Shown here piece after piece: positions 21,507 to 33,300 of a DNA stretch of 64,000 nt. The notes beneath the pieces were generated by a model that saw nothing but the letters and a program-made list of their open reading frames with translations, had not been told where the DNA came from and searched no databases. Every line of letters begins with the position of its first letter. Position 1 is the stretch's first letter. The stretch lies in IMG/VR virus record IMGVR_UViG_3300028549_001428. One strand, given 5' to 3'. A program made the position numbers and the translations under genes. Source of the DNA: a virus (lineage: Duplodnaviria > Heunggongvirae > Uroviricota > Caudoviricetes).

Positions 21507-21985
21507 TCTGCTGTATCTGTATCAACGGCATCACCAGTTTCTTCAGTAGGAGTTCCTTCTTCGGGTGGGACTTCTTCTGTTGGTACATCTGTAGGAGTTT
21601 CTGGTGGCAATTCCTCAGTAACTGGTTCAGTAGATGGATCAACTGCTGGTGCAACTTCCTCTGGTGGAGACTCTAGATTAGATTCAACTTCATTACCAAA
21701 TTCCTGTGAAAGTTGATTAGTTTCATCTTCTTGAATTTGATCGGTTGCTTCTTTACTTGGATTATTCAAGTATTCTTCCATTCTTCGTCCAACTTCGGTA
21801 TACAAATCGGTTTTTCCGAAATTAATGTATTTAGTTGGATTGTACATGACATCATATTGAACCTCTCTATTATATTTATCCCATAGAGATTTTAATTCAC
21901 GATATGTTTTACCAGTGGTATTACTTAAATTTGATATATACAAAGATGTATTTGTATCGTTTCTAAAAGGTATATTAATGGGCAT
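21452..21985 (-). CDS. hypothetical late protein with acidic Pro/Glu-rich tail
   Basis: GGAG SD; TATAAACTT on minus at 22004-22012. Confidence 0.75.
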   Translation of the reverse strand: MPINIPFRNDTNTSLYISNLSNTTGKTYRELKSLWDKYNREVQYDVMYNPTKYINFGKTDLYTEVGRRMEEYLNNPSKEATDQIQEDETNQLSQEFGNEVESNLESPPEEVAPAVDPSTEPVTEELPPETPTDVPTEEVPPEEGTPTEETGDAVDTDTADQMPDDNDMESIFKELGL

Positions 21986-22066
21986 TTTTATTCTCCGTTA
22001 CTAAAGTTTATATAAAAATTAGGATTTTTATAAACTATTATAAATTACTATAAAAACGGAGCCTTT

Positions 22067-22765
22067 ATGGATATCCTTAACTTAAATAAGTTAATGCAAG
22101 AAACAAAACTAATCGAAAGTATTTCGGAATCGATTCAAGATACTCAAGCATATAACGTTGTTACAAAAAAGTCAAATATGACTATGATGGAATCGATTGA
22201 TGACTTAGATGGTATTATGTCCAGAGGAAATGATATCAATAGCGAAATTGATTTTTCCGAATTGGAAAACGCAGTTAGTGGATTAACTGAATGCGCAAAT
22301 CAGCCACTTAGTAAAAAGGTAACTGAAAAGATGAAAGAACCTATGAAACAAGAAAAGAAAGCACCTATACAAGAAGCAAGTGCTGCTAATCCTTCACAGG
22401 GAATAACAGACGCAAAGGCTTTTGTTAATGCAGGTCCTATAAAACAAACAGATTATGTTAAAGCAAAAACAGCATCAACTGAATGCAAAAAATTAGAAAA
22501 CGCAAATACGGCATCGGAATTACCAGTAACATCACATAAGTCAGAAGGCGCAGTAGATACCCAAGCTGAAAAAGCAATGAAAGAAATGAAAAAAGGCGCA
22601 GACGCAAATAAGAAATGGGAAGATGTAGCCAAGAAACAAAGCAAATTAGCGACTAATTCAGTTAAATTTGAATCATTTATGAAATCACTAGAGAATGAAG
22701 ATAATAAAGCACTTATAGAAAGTGCAGGTAAAGCATTCGATATTTTAATTAAGAAATACATATAA
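22067..22765 (+). CDS. hypothetical late (probable head-associated) protein
   Basis: TATAAACTA 22029-22037; LIES/MMES/IQEA motifs; C-terminal shared motif. Confidence 0.75.
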   Translation: MDILNLNKLMQETKLIESISESIQDTQAYNVVTKKSNMTMMESIDDLDGIMSRGNDINSEIDFSELENAVSGLTECANQPLSKKVTEKMKEPMKQEKKAPIQEASAANPSQGITDAKAFVNAGPIKQTDYVKAKTASTECKKLENANTASELPVTSHKSEGAVDTQAEKAMKEMKKGADANKKWEDVAKKQSKLATNSVKFESFMKSLENEDNKALIESAGKAFDILIKKYI

Positions 22766-22869
22766 TAAAATAATACAATGATAAAGAAAAGCAACATAAA
22801 AAAATTATGTTGCTTTTTTCTTTTTTAGCTATATTTGTATTGATCCCTAATGGGAGAAAGGTGAAAAAT

Positions 22870-25716
22870 ATGGTAGAATTAGAAAAAAAACCGATGTGGA
22901 CGGCTATCCACCATGATCGTCAGAAAAATTTAATGTTTCTATGGTACACTGACGGTACTAGAACAGCGGTCAAGACTAAACATAGGTTCTTTACCCCGAT
23001 TAGAGGTGAACATGGCTCATCTTTTAGTGGTATGAAGGATATCTATGGTCGGGATATGTATGAGGTTATATGCGACAGCAGAACCGAAATGGACATACGA
23101 AACCAAAACTTAGGCAGACATAATCACATAGCTGAATGTGATATTGATTTTAGAACTAGATGGTTACAACGAGCATACCAGAAATTTGATGATATTAGAT
23201 TTTCCGCAAAAGATGTCAATATTTGTTATCTTGATATCGAAGTTGCAACACGTGGTAAGTTTCCATCTGCTGATAAAGCATTATATCCAATTAATTGTAT
23301 TACTATCTACTTTTCAAAGTATGATAAATATTATACCTTTGGGTTGAATGCAGAATTAAAGCAAGAAACTAAAGATCAATTAAAAGAACAAAATTGTGAA
23401 TACATTAATTGTCCTACTGAAAGAGATCTTTTACGTGATATGTTTATTAAGATATCGGAAAATGAAGCTGATATCTTAACTGGATGGAATTCGGATTTCT
23501 TTGACATTCCATATATTGTAAAAAGAGCAGAAACGCTAGAAGTTCCTCTTAAACTATTGAGTAGATTACCAGAACAGTATAAATCAGCATATATAAGCAA
23601 GCAAGACAATTCGCTTGTTGTTGGTGGCACTGAAATAATCGACTTCTTGAAATTATATAGAAAATTTAACTCTTCGGAAAGAGATAATTACAAATTAGAT
23701 ACCATTGGTGCTGTTGAATGTAATGAACGTAAAGCACCATTATCAAATGGATACTTGACATATTTAACGAATTGGGATGAGTTTATTCTATATAACTTCC
23801 AAGACGTTAGACTAATGACAAATATTGAAAAGAAATGTAGAATGTTTGATGCTACATTTACAGCTTGTTCAGAAGCACGAGTGCCATTCTCTGCTATTTT
23901 CGAAGCAAAAAAAATGTTAGTGGGCTTCATACTTAACTTCTTACATAAGAAGAATTTAGTAATGCCACCTCTAAAAGAAAATACACGTGAATGGTTTCCT
24001 GGTGCGTATGTGTATGCAACTCCTGGATATTATTTATACTTGGTTTCGTATGACTATAGATCAATGTATCCATCGATTATGATGGGAGCAAATATTAGCC
24101 CAGAAACAAAAGTTATTTATCCTATTGATGAAGTTATACCAGAAGAAATCCTAAAGAATTTAGTTAGAAGTCCTTGGGATGCCAATGGTCAACGCCAAGT
24201 ATTCTATAGAAAGGATATTGTTGGTATCGTTCCTCAAGTAGTTAAAACCTTGTTTGATGGTCGTACAGATCTTAAAAAAATGATGAAAAAAGTTAGAAAA
24301 CAAGGTGACTTGGATCTAGCTGATTTTTATGATATGAAGCAGAGAACATACAAGCTATTAGGTAACTCATTATATGGATTATTAGGAAATCCATATTTCC
24401 AGTTGTATGATATTGACAATTCTGCTTCCGTTACTGCATTTGGTAAAGCACTAATTACAGTAACTGTAGAAAGATTATGTGATTACATCGATAACCAATT
24501 GGTTGATGATATACGATTTGAAATGTTATTTGGTTATAGAGCACCTATAGATCCAGCATTAACTGGTACATTTGAAAATAAAGAAGGATTGACCATGTAT
24601 AATCGTGTTAGTCACGGTGATACTGACTCATTCTTCGTTAAGTATGCTGATATCTATAAGCCATATGAAGCATTTGTAGATAAGAAATTAGAAGTTCTTG
24701 TATTTAAGGGTAATGAATTAATTAAGCGTTCGATGTTTGATTATGCAACTCAAGAATTAAATGCTAAAAAAGAATTCAATTCCGCATGTACCACCTATTG
24801 CCCGTCATGGACTGATCCAGAAATAGATGCCAATAAGAAAAAGAAAATATTTGCTGAAGGCATTTTGATGGATAAGGATTATAGAGTAATCTATAATAGA
24901 TTCTGTTTAACCGACTTCTGCCGTATCATGGATGCAGGTATTATGGAAGAAAAGTTGGCTTTATTCATGAGTGATTACGCCAACCACTGGAACTATTACG
25001 AAAACACATTATTCTTGAAGAGAGAAAAATGCATACATCAGACTATAGTTACAGCTAAGAAAAAATATATTTGCAGAATTGAAAGTAACGAAGATGAAAA
25101 ATATTTGGATAAAGAAACTTTAACACCGAAAGCAAAGTTTGGTGTTACTGGATTGGAAATCGTTAGAAGTTCAACTACTCCATTCTCACGTGATCGTATT
25201 ATGAAATTGATCGATAAGATGTTCAAAAATATGGATAAAGGTGAAATACGAAGAGAGTATTTGAAAATAAAGGATGAATTCTTCCAAAAGGTTAATAATA
25301 AAGAATATTATGATATTTCTATTCCATCTGGCGTAAAATCAGATCCACCTAAATATTCAGATTGGATAACTTGGTCCGATGCTGAACGATCAAAGGTTGA
25401 TTGGAGACTACGAGCAGGTTCAGTATGGAATTACCTGATTGAAGTTGATGAAGTACTAAAGGAAACTACATTAGAACCAATATTTGAAGCATCTAAAGTT
25501 AAATTCATAAAGGTTTGTGAAAATAAATATGGATTAAATTCAATTGCATTCGTTGGTGATAAATGTCCTGATAGAGTGCTTGAAATATTCGCACCTGACT
25601 GGCAAGAGCAATGGGTAAAAACATTCTCTCAAACAATGGATAGATTATTTGAAGCTGTTGGTTGGGGTAAGGGACTTGAAGACGATGAAAGAGATACAAT
25701 GGTAGATTTACTATAA
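22870..25716 (+). CDS. family B DNA polymerase (T4 gp43-like)
   Basis: ExoI DIE, ExoII GWNSDFFDIPY, ExoIII YNFQD, motif A DYRSMYPS, B KLLGNSLYG, C GDTDS, KKKY, GLEIVRS. Confidence 0.96.
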   Translation: MVELEKKPMWTAIHHDRQKNLMFLWYTDGTRTAVKTKHRFFTPIRGEHGSSFSGMKDIYGRDMYEVICDSRTEMDIRNQNLGRHNHIAECDIDFRTRWLQRAYQKFDDIRFSAKDVNICYLDIEVATRGKFPSADKALYPINCITIYFSKYDKYYTFGLNAELKQETKDQLKEQNCEYINCPTERDLLRDMFIKISENEADILTGWNSDFFDIPYIVKRAETLEVPLKLLSRLPEQYKSAYISKQDNSLVVGGTEIIDFLKLYRKFNSSERDNYKLDTIGAVECNERKAPLSNGYLTYLTNWDEFILYNFQDVRLMTNIEKKCRMFDATFTACSEARVPFSAIFEAKKMLVGFILNFLHKKNLVMPPLKENTREWFPGAYVYATPGYYLYLVSYDYRSMYPSIMMGANISPETKVIYPIDEVIPEEILKNLVRSPWDANGQRQVFYRKDIVGIVPQVVKTLFDGRTDLKKMMKKVRKQGDLDLADFYDMKQRTYKLLGNSLYGLLGNPYFQLYDIDNSASVTAFGKALITVTVERLCDYIDNQLVDDIRFEMLFGYRAPIDPALTGTFENKEGLTMYNRVSHGDTDSFFVKYADIYKPYEAFVDKKLEVLVFKGNELIKRSMFDYATQELNAKKEFNSACTTYCPSWTDPEIDANKKKKIFAEGILMDKDYRVIYNRFCLTDFCRIMDAGIMEEKLALFMSDYANHWNYYENTLFLKREKCIHQTIVTAKKKYICRIESNEDEKYLDKETLTPKAKFGVTGLEIVRSSTTPFSRDRIMKLIDKMFKNMDKGEIRREYLKIKDEFFQKVNNKEYYDISIPSGVKSDPPKYSDWITWSDAERSKVDWRLRAGSVWNYLIEVDEVLKETTLEPIFEASKVKFIKVCENKYGLNSIAFVGDKCPDRVLEIFAPDWQEQWVKTFSQTMDRLFEAVGWGKGLEDDERDTMVDLL

Positions 25717-25748
25717 AAAATAAAGACCGCTAACCACGGTCTTTTTTA

Positions 25749-26818
25749 TTATCTAGTATATCCAATTTTGTTGTTATGATATGTACTTGAGTACTTTTTG
25801 CCATTCAGATTAAATGTACTAATACCTCGAATGATATATACGCCAGTTCCTAACAATCTACCAGATTGAGCAACCAATAATCCATCTGAATTACTTGAAA
25901 GCAACTTGAGTTCTATATTATTAATAAAACCTTTATTATACAAAGTATCGGTTCCAATTATTGTGTTTACGAATTGTCCTTGTTTATCATACACCTGTAG
26001 ATTAAATGATATAGTTAATATATCGTTTTCATCAAATTTAGTAACTGTGGTGTCTATGCTTATAGTAAGTATAGGTGTATGATGTAGAGTTTCTTGTGTT
26101 ATAACTGCGCTGTGTATAAGTGTTGTGAGCATAAAGCTATCTAATACAGGAACTGATTGAGTATCTATAACAACCGTATATGTGGTATCAAAAATTCCAT
26201 TGGTATTTTTATAGTATCTATAACATTTAATGTATCGGATATAAAAAAATTATTTACTATAGTATCTATAATATTATAATTCGAGTGTATTGTGTCATAT
26301 ATAGTATATAAATTTATCAATGTATCATTCATCGTGATAGCTATTACGGTGGTGTCATATATCACAATAGGCATAATAGTAGTGTCATTTACAGTTACTG
26401 GATTATGAGTAGTATCATTCACCGTAACGGTTACTATTGTTGTATCATTTACGGTCACTGGATTAATCGTAGTATCATTTACTATAATAGAATTGATGAT
26501 TGTATCATTAACGGTTACATTTATGGTTGTAGTGTCATAAATTGTATCATTTTTATAGTGATATATGTCACTACAGTATAAAAATTTGTCATCACATTCA
26601 CCAGCAGCGCATGTCTTCCATATATGAGGTGTATGATAGATTGGTCTTATATATGTACCTACGCTAGTAACTGCCAGATAATTACCACCTTCATCACTTA
26701 CACAATCACCTATTGCATATGTAGTTGTGGAACTCCAATTAGGACACATAGGAGTATATGATATAGTATGGGCAATTCCTGTAAATAATACTAGAATCGC
26801 TAGAATAATTGGTTTCAT
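25749..26818 (-). pseudogene. secreted protein (signal peptide + CBM5/12-like + DT-repeat stalk + FlgD-Ig-like C-terminus) split by a one-base frameshift
   Basis: ORFs 26165-26818 and 25749-26132 join if one A is added to the A5 run (T5 at 26206-26210); -1 frame continues the repeat as NTNGIFDTTYTVVIDT. Confidence 0.65.
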
Positions 26819-26819
26819 T

Positions 26820-27182
26820 TTAGTTACCTGTTTGACCGTAAGACGCACTATAGTTGCTTGTTTCTGATGATTTTAACGTATCTTTACCTAGAGAAGTTCT
26901 ACCTGAAGGTGGTAATTGAGCGATTCTTGATCCTGTCTGTGACATAATTGCTGTATTATTAAGTTCGTCGGGTAGAGTTTGTGGAAAATATTCAGTTGAT
27001 GGATTTTGATACTTAACAGTTGATGCAACCGATGGGTGAGATACTACCTGTCCATTTGGCTTTCCATTTGCATCATCTGTACTTAATGATTCAATTAGAT
27101 TAAACCCACTTATAATTGTATCAATAAGTTCAGGGTTTACATCATGCATATTATCTAAAAAGTTCACAAATTTTGTATTCAT
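26820..27182 (-). CDS. hypothetical late protein with shared N-terminal motif
   Basis: Likely start MNTKFVNF at 27182; TATAAACTA on minus at 27190-27198. Confidence 0.7.
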   Translation of the reverse strand: MNTKFVNFLDNMHDVNPELIDTIISGFNLIESLSTDDANGKPNGQVVSHPSVASTVKYQNPSTEYFPQTLPDELNNTAIMSQTGSRIAQLPPSGRTSLGKDTLKSSETSNYSASYGQTGN

Positions 27183-27252
27183 ATAGCAATAGTTTATATG
27201 ATTTGCTATATTTGATGAATACAAGTGCTAACATTTTTTAAACGAGACTAAC

Positions 27253-28287
27253 ATGACTGATAGTATGGATATTTTTTCAGGCGATGGCATAGATCAAACC
27301 ATTAAAACAACTGAGTATATTAAATATAAGTTAGAAGACACTCTACCTTGGGTTGCTAAATACACGCCCGAAAGGATAGAAGATATAATTCTCCCAGAAA
27401 AAACAAGAAATATGTTAAATTTTGCATTATCGCAGAATAAGTTTACTCATTTTTGTTTTCACTCTGGGAAGCCTGGAACTGGTAAAACAAGTACTGCTTT
27501 AGCTATACCTAAAGAATTTGGTGTTGACTATCAAATATTCTATATATCCGAAAAGGCTATGGAATCAATCGAAAGTATTAGAAGTTATGCAATGCAGAAA
27601 AATGTTGATGGTAAACCAAGATTTATCATTCTTGATGAAGCAGATACCCCAAAAATACAAGATCCAGCTAAATTCTATACAGCATTACAACCATTGATTG
27701 AATCAACTACATCAACAGTGCGATTTATTTTAACCTGTAATAACATATATAAAATACCTGCTCCTATATTGTCAAGATGTGCTCCAATATCATTTGCATA
27801 TGAATCTGATGATGCTGATATTATGAAACAGATATGGAAACGAGTAAATCATATAGTTAAATTGGAAGTGTCAGATAAGGGTGGTAAAGTAAACCCAGAT
27901 ACATTAAAGAAAATAGCTAGATTCTATTACCCAGACATCAGATCAATAATCCAACATACTTATATTAACTATCTAGAAAATCAAGGATCTATTGACGGAA
28001 CTCCATCATTAGTATCATATGAAAACCTAGATGAAATATGGGCATATATTACCGCATTCGATGATGAAAATCTAAGAAAGTTCACAACTAAAACCATAGT
28101 TGATTGTACGGCTATATATTCTCCTTTTGGCAAATATGTTATGGAAAAGATTGATAAGAAATTTAGATTAAGTTTTGCTGTTCTATTAGGTCAGTATCAA
28201 TTCCAATCATCTATGCCAGCGGTTGATCAAGAAATCAATTTAAATTCATTCTTCGCAAGAGCAATGTTATTGCTACAAGGTAAATAA
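27253..28287 (+). CDS. clamp loader large subunit (T4 gp44 / RFC-like)
   Basis: WVAKYTP, GKPGTGKT, LDEAD, FILTCN, SRC, PDIR. Confidence 0.93.
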   Translation: MTDSMDIFSGDGIDQTIKTTEYIKYKLEDTLPWVAKYTPERIEDIILPEKTRNMLNFALSQNKFTHFCFHSGKPGTGKTSTALAIPKEFGVDYQIFYISEKAMESIESIRSYAMQKNVDGKPRFIILDEADTPKIQDPAKFYTALQPLIESTTSTVRFILTCNNIYKIPAPILSRCAPISFAYESDDADIMKQIWKRVNHIVKLEVSDKGGKVNPDTLKKIARFYYPDIRSIIQHTYINYLENQGSIDGTPSLVSYENLDEIWAYITAFDDENLRKFTTKTIVDCTAIYSPFGKYVMEKIDKKFRLSFAVLLGQYQFQSSMPAVDQEINLNSFFARAMLLLQGK

Positions 28288-28742
28288 TGAGTAATTTTGA
28301 TTATTTTGCTTTTATGAATGGTAGACGCAATGGCGTTGAGCCAACAGTAGGGGAAAAGAACACATTTAATATGTATATGTGTCAAATGTTATTGTCAATG
28401 GATACCAGAAAGACTGTTCTGGGTATCCTTGATAAAATAAACACAATACAATTCTTTGATTTACCAAATCAAATACAATGCATGGCATTCACATCATTGG
28501 ATAAAGCCAATCCACCATTGAGTTCTAAATGGAAAAAAACAAAGGCTGAATCAACCAGTGAAGTAAAAGAAATGATTGAGAAAGTTATGAAGGTGTATAA
28601 TATGTCGCATAATGATGCCGTATCATGCGTTAGATGCAAAACTATAAACGAAGATACAGTTAATGAATTGTATTCACATTTATTTGAATCGGATGGTATA
28701 AAATTTAGAAGTGGTAAGGTAAAGGGTAAAAAGGATAAATAA
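28287..28742 (+). CDS. clamp loader small subunit (gp62-like)
   Basis: Position after gp44; FNMYMCQMLLS, KWKK, VMKVYNMS..DA pattern. Confidence 0.6.
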   Translation: MSNFDYFAFMNGRRNGVEPTVGEKNTFNMYMCQMLLSMDTRKTVLGILDKINTIQFFDLPNQIQCMAFTSLDKANPPLSSKWKKTKAESTSEVKEMIEKVMKVYNMSHNDAVSCVRCKTINEDTVNELYSHLFESDGIKFRSGKVKGKKDK

Positions 28743-28743
28743 T

Positions 28744-28950
28744 ATGTCAGATAACATTAATAATGAAGATATTACGGTTGTGATGAATTCACTGGGGGTA
28801 TCATATACCGAAGCCCTCGATCTAATAAAAAAAGGTCTTAATGTAAATTACATTAAGACTGGGTTTAAAAATGAAATAAATTCAGAACTAGCTGACTTGA
28901 CTTCTAAATATAAAGAAAATATAGATTCTGTATTAAAAGATTCTAAATGA
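28744..28950 (+). CDS. small hypothetical protein
   Basis: AAGGA SD, co-directional with clamp loader genes. Confidence 0.6.
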   Translation: MSDNINNEDITVVMNSLGVSYTEALDLIKKGLNVNYIKTGFKNEINSELADLTSKYKENIDSVLKDSK

Positions 28951-28953
28951 TAG

Positions 28954-29580
28954 TTATTCCATTGATTTTAGGTAATCAATAGGTTCTGGTACTGCGTCTA
29001 TATCAGTATCAGTGCCATTGGAAAAATCAGTAAGAAGTTGTTGTAATTGTAAATCAGGTGCCTGTCCAGCATATTTTCCAGCACCGTAAGCAAAATCAAT
29101 AAGATAATCAATTACAGTCTGTCCATAAATATCTCGTTCATCTATGGCATTTTTTACGATAATTTGTTCCTTATCTGCTGATGCCTCTTTTTCTTCATAT
29201 GAAAAATCGGTATTTAATATTTTCTTTATTAAATCATAATTAACTGTTTCGGTGAATGCACCAGTGGCTGCTGAAACTAATGACATTAGTACGCTATCAC
29301 CCAATGAATTTTTATGTGTTAATATCATAGGATCAATGTCAACAAGTTCATAAACACCATTTTCAGCCCAATTATGTAATTTGGTTGTCCACTCACCATC
29401 TTCAGTTTCAATTCTTGGTATAAATTGTATAGGGAATGTTTTTAATGCTCTAATTTCTGAATCTGTTATAGGTTTAATAGATTTATCAAAAGTATCTTGA
29501 ATACCTTCTAATAACTCAAATTGATCTGGATTTTTATCCTTTAAATCATTTAGTAATGTATGAAATGCTCTTTTATCCAT
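28954..29580 (-). CDS. late protein with ankyrin-like segments
   Basis: KNSLGDSVLMSLV and RDIYGQTVIDYL resemble ANK G.T.L motifs; TATAAACTA on minus 29604-29612. Confidence 0.55.
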   Translation of the reverse strand: MDKRAFHTLLNDLKDKNPDQFELLEGIQDTFDKSIKPITDSEIRALKTFPIQFIPRIETEDGEWTTKLHNWAENGVYELVDIDPMILTHKNSLGDSVLMSLVSAATGAFTETVNYDLIKKILNTDFSYEEKEASADKEQIIVKNAIDERDIYGQTVIDYLIDFAYGAGKYAGQAPDLQLQQLLTDFSNGTDTDIDAVPEPIDYLKSME

Positions 29581-29651
29581 TATTTGTATACTTATTTTTA
29601 TTATAGTTTATAAATAAAAAATAAAAAAGGTGGTTTGCACCACCTTTTTAT

Positions 29652-30146
29652 TTACTTACTTGTACTTCCGAAGCCACCTACTCGATCACCGCCAACGGTA
29701 TCGGCATCATCATCGCTAATTAAATATTTCTGGAACATCATTTGTGCAATTGCTTCACCTACAGGTAATACCAATTTTTGATCACCTTGATTGTGTAGTT
29801 TTACAAAGATTTCTCCTTCTTCATATTCACCTTTCTTATTCAATACTGGTTCTGCTTTATAGTAGTCAGAATCAATAATACCAGTCGAATTTGCCAATCT
29901 AACAGAATACTTAAAGCCATGTCCAGATCGTACAAATGCCATTAGAACTTCATCTTGTAGCATATATGCTTTAAATTTTGTTGGGATTGCTTTTGATAGC
30001 TGTCCTGGTTCAATAACTATTTCAGCACCTGTATTATTAAATACATCATAACATGCAGAAAATCGAGTTCCACGACGAGGAACCTTTAATTCTGACGCTT
30101 CGTTTGAATACTTACTTACTATTTCAAATCCTCTTATCTTTTCCAT
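29652..30146 (-). CDS. dut: dUTPase (trimeric)
   Basis: SACYD, RSG, GIIDSDY, IAQ, RVGGFGST; start MEKIRG after AGGAG. Confidence 0.93.
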   Translation of the reverse strand: MEKIRGFEIVSKYSNEASELKVPRRGTRFSACYDVFNNTGAEIVIEPGQLSKAIPTKFKAYMLQDEVLMAFVRSGHGFKYSVRLANSTGIIDSDYYKAEPVLNKKGEYEEGEIFVKLHNQGDQKLVLPVGEAIAQMMFQKYLISDDDADTVGGDRVGGFGSTSK

Positions 30147-30314
30147 ACTAACTCCTATTTTATGGGTATAGTACAAATTTAGCAAAAAAATTTCATTTTT
30201 CCATATAATTATAAACAAAAAGTAAATATGTATGAATTCATACAAAAAAATATTAAAAATTATAGCGATTATAAACTATAAATAAGAATATTGTACAGAT
30301 ATAAGGAGTTATAT

Positions 30315-33300
30315 ATGGCAGTTTATGGACAAGGCGCACCTGGTGTAAGAATCAGATTGAGAGATCTAAGCGAAGTAACGTTGGTAACTAATCCAAACAT
30401 TACCGCTGGTATCGTTGGCTACTCTGCAAAGGGTGAATTTAATAAGATCATTGATTTGACCTCTACGGCTGATCAAGATACTTATTTGGGTAATGGTTTT
30501 AACAATGCAAGATATAATCAGGGTTTGTATGCATCACGTGCAGTATTAAACGCAAATGGATTTGTTGAATATGTAAGACCATATGGTGAAGTTGTTATTA
30601 CAGATGACACTGATCCAGAATATGATACAAATCAATCATTGAAAACTGATACATTCACAGTAGCATTTAATTATGCACAGGCTACCGAAACATCATTCGA
30701 TATTAAGCACTATGCTTCTACTAGATATGTAGAAGATGGCTTACAGGGTATGGGTAGCAGAAAAATAAATACTATCGCAGAAACATTGAAGAATAACACC
30801 AATGTTGATTTTGAATTGTCTGCTGATGCTATGGATGATGATGATGGTGGAACTGAGAAAGTTATGCTATTTTCTATTATGAATAGCGACCCAACAGCCG
30901 CAGTACGTGCAGGTAATAGAATTGCTATTAGCGATATTACTGGTGGTGGTACTGAAGTAACGGTTGAAGTAGCTGGCATTCATGGATTGGATGTAGGTGA
31001 TAGTGTTATCATCAGTGGAACAACTAACTTTAATGGTACATATGCAATTTCTGAAGTTGTTGATGAAACTACTTTCATATTCCTAGATGCCACAACAGCA
31101 TCCGAACAAGTCGGTATTGTATATTCAAATACAGATACAATTAATAGCGGTGTTGACTATTTAACAGTTAAAACCGTTGCAACAGGTAAAGCATCTAAAA
31201 AATATGACTCAGTATCAGTAACTACTGCATTGGATTTAACTGTTGATAATGATACATTTACAATGGAAACATCTAATGGATCAAACGCAACATTTGAATT
31301 AACTGTTGATGGTGTATACACTGCTGGTAATTATCCTATCACACTTGTAAACGATACATTTACAGGAGCAACTACAGCACCAGCCGTAATTGAAGTAACT
31401 GATGGTAGTAAATTTACTGTAGGTGATCAAATTCATGTAACTGGTGGAAGTCTACCTACTGGATTAGTTGCTGCTCAATTATATACAGTTAAATTGATAA
31501 CCACAAATACAATCACTTTGGTTAGAAGTGCTACATCCGTAGAAACACCTATTACAATTAGTGTAAATGGATCTGGTGCTATAATTAACTTGACCGCTAC
31601 ATTAAGATCATTCGTAACTCAATTGTCAAATGTTGATCTAGCTAACAATTCAAACGCAACATCCTCTGTTACAACAATTACATCTGGTGTATTTGCATTA
31701 AGTGCATCACAGGCATCAAAGTTTACTATCAATGATATGGTTATTTTACAGGATAACTACGCAACTACAGGTATTCGCACTGCACTCCCAACTGGTTTGA
31801 CAGCAGGTACTGTGTATAAGGTAGCTACTGTTAATTTGATTGATAACACAATCACATTGAAAAATTATGATGGTACTGCATTAACAATATCAACTGACAG
31901 CACTGTAACACATAAAATACTTAACTTAACTAAAGGCGTTGTGTCTGCTACAGTTAACTCAAATGGTGTTACATTGGATATCATAGGTAGATTTGGCTTA
32001 ACTGCTCCTATTACTAACCAAACCACTCTACCATCTTTCTTCACATTTACTGGAGTAGCTGGTATTACATCAACTGGTGAAATGGGTGCAGATGACCATA
32101 TGATACAGTCAAGTGAAGGTTCTATAGTTATTGATTCTACTATCGGTAGACAATTCCTTAACTTGGGATTAGCTGTAGAAGATTATCAGGATATTAACTT
32201 TGACGGAACCGAAGATAGAGTTTATCAATTAACTGCTGAAGGCATAATTATTTCTAAGATGTATGTATATGTTACATATTATTTTGGTGGTGAAACATAT
32301 CAGTTCTCTGGTACGTTAGTTCCTTATGCATATGGTGATACAAATCTATACTTAAAGAACAGCGCAGAAGATTATGAAAACGGCTGGACATTAGTAATGA
32401 ATGACAATGCTTCATTAGAAGATGGTGTAGCTGAATTCGATTTAAGTACAAGTATTATTGATGGCATTATATCAAGCACAGTGACTAAAGTATCATTCGA
32501 TGAAACAGACCCAGCTATCGTTAATGATGCTGTATGGTCATATGTTCCAAAAAACAATGCTTCTTCCAGTATATTATCAAGCGCATGGCAGTTATTCTTG
32601 AATAAAGATGAATCTAGCTGTGACATGTTAGTGGCTGCTGGTACTGCTATAAGCAACCTATTCGTTAAGAATATGGAACAAATTAACTACACAGTTATGG
32701 ATTCTATGTTAGGTATTTGCGAAAAACGTAAAGATATGTTCGCAATATTTGATGGTGTAGATGAACCAAAAATTGATGTAGCATTGAAGAAAATGATCGG
32801 TATTGGTTCGGTTGGTGATTTATCTCGCTGGGGTGCTATCTTTGATGGTAGATCTATATTCAGCGACAGTGTATACACAAAAATAAACGCACCTGCTGTT
32901 AAATCAATTGAAGTTGCTGCGATTATCTGTTACAACAGAGCAAGCAATGTATATTGGTTGCCACCTGCTGGTTACACAACTGGTAGAATTCCATCCAGTT
33001 TAGCAAGTAGACAGAAATTTATCAGAACATATAACTATGCTGATGATGCTACATCCGATATTGCTCGTCTATATGATGCCAATATCAACCCAACTCGTGT
33101 AAACGATCAGGGTCAGTTCGTATATGGTCAAAAAACCATGTTAAAACGCATGACTGCATTGAATAGATTAAATGTTATCATGTTGATTGCTGGTATACAT
33201 AAAAGATTCTCTGATTTCTTGGATAAAAAAGTATTCCAGTTAAATACTGCTGCTTTAAGAACAAGTATTCAGGCTGATCTACAAGCACAATTAGAATTAA

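Noticed and set aside
24620-25060. Intein or intron in DNA polymerase (long spacer after GDTDS)
   Set aside because: No C/S...HN splice motifs or homing endonuclease; just a modest in-frame insertion
26165-26167. TAG readthrough or alternative genetic code joining the split gene
   Set aside because: Another in-frame TAG follows after 7 codons and the downstream ORF is in a different frame; core genes are intact in code 11
26280-26560. CRISPR-like ~30-nt periodic repeats (GTATCATT)
   Set aside because: Degenerate codon-level repeats encoding VNDT units; no constant repeat/unique spacer structure, no cas genes
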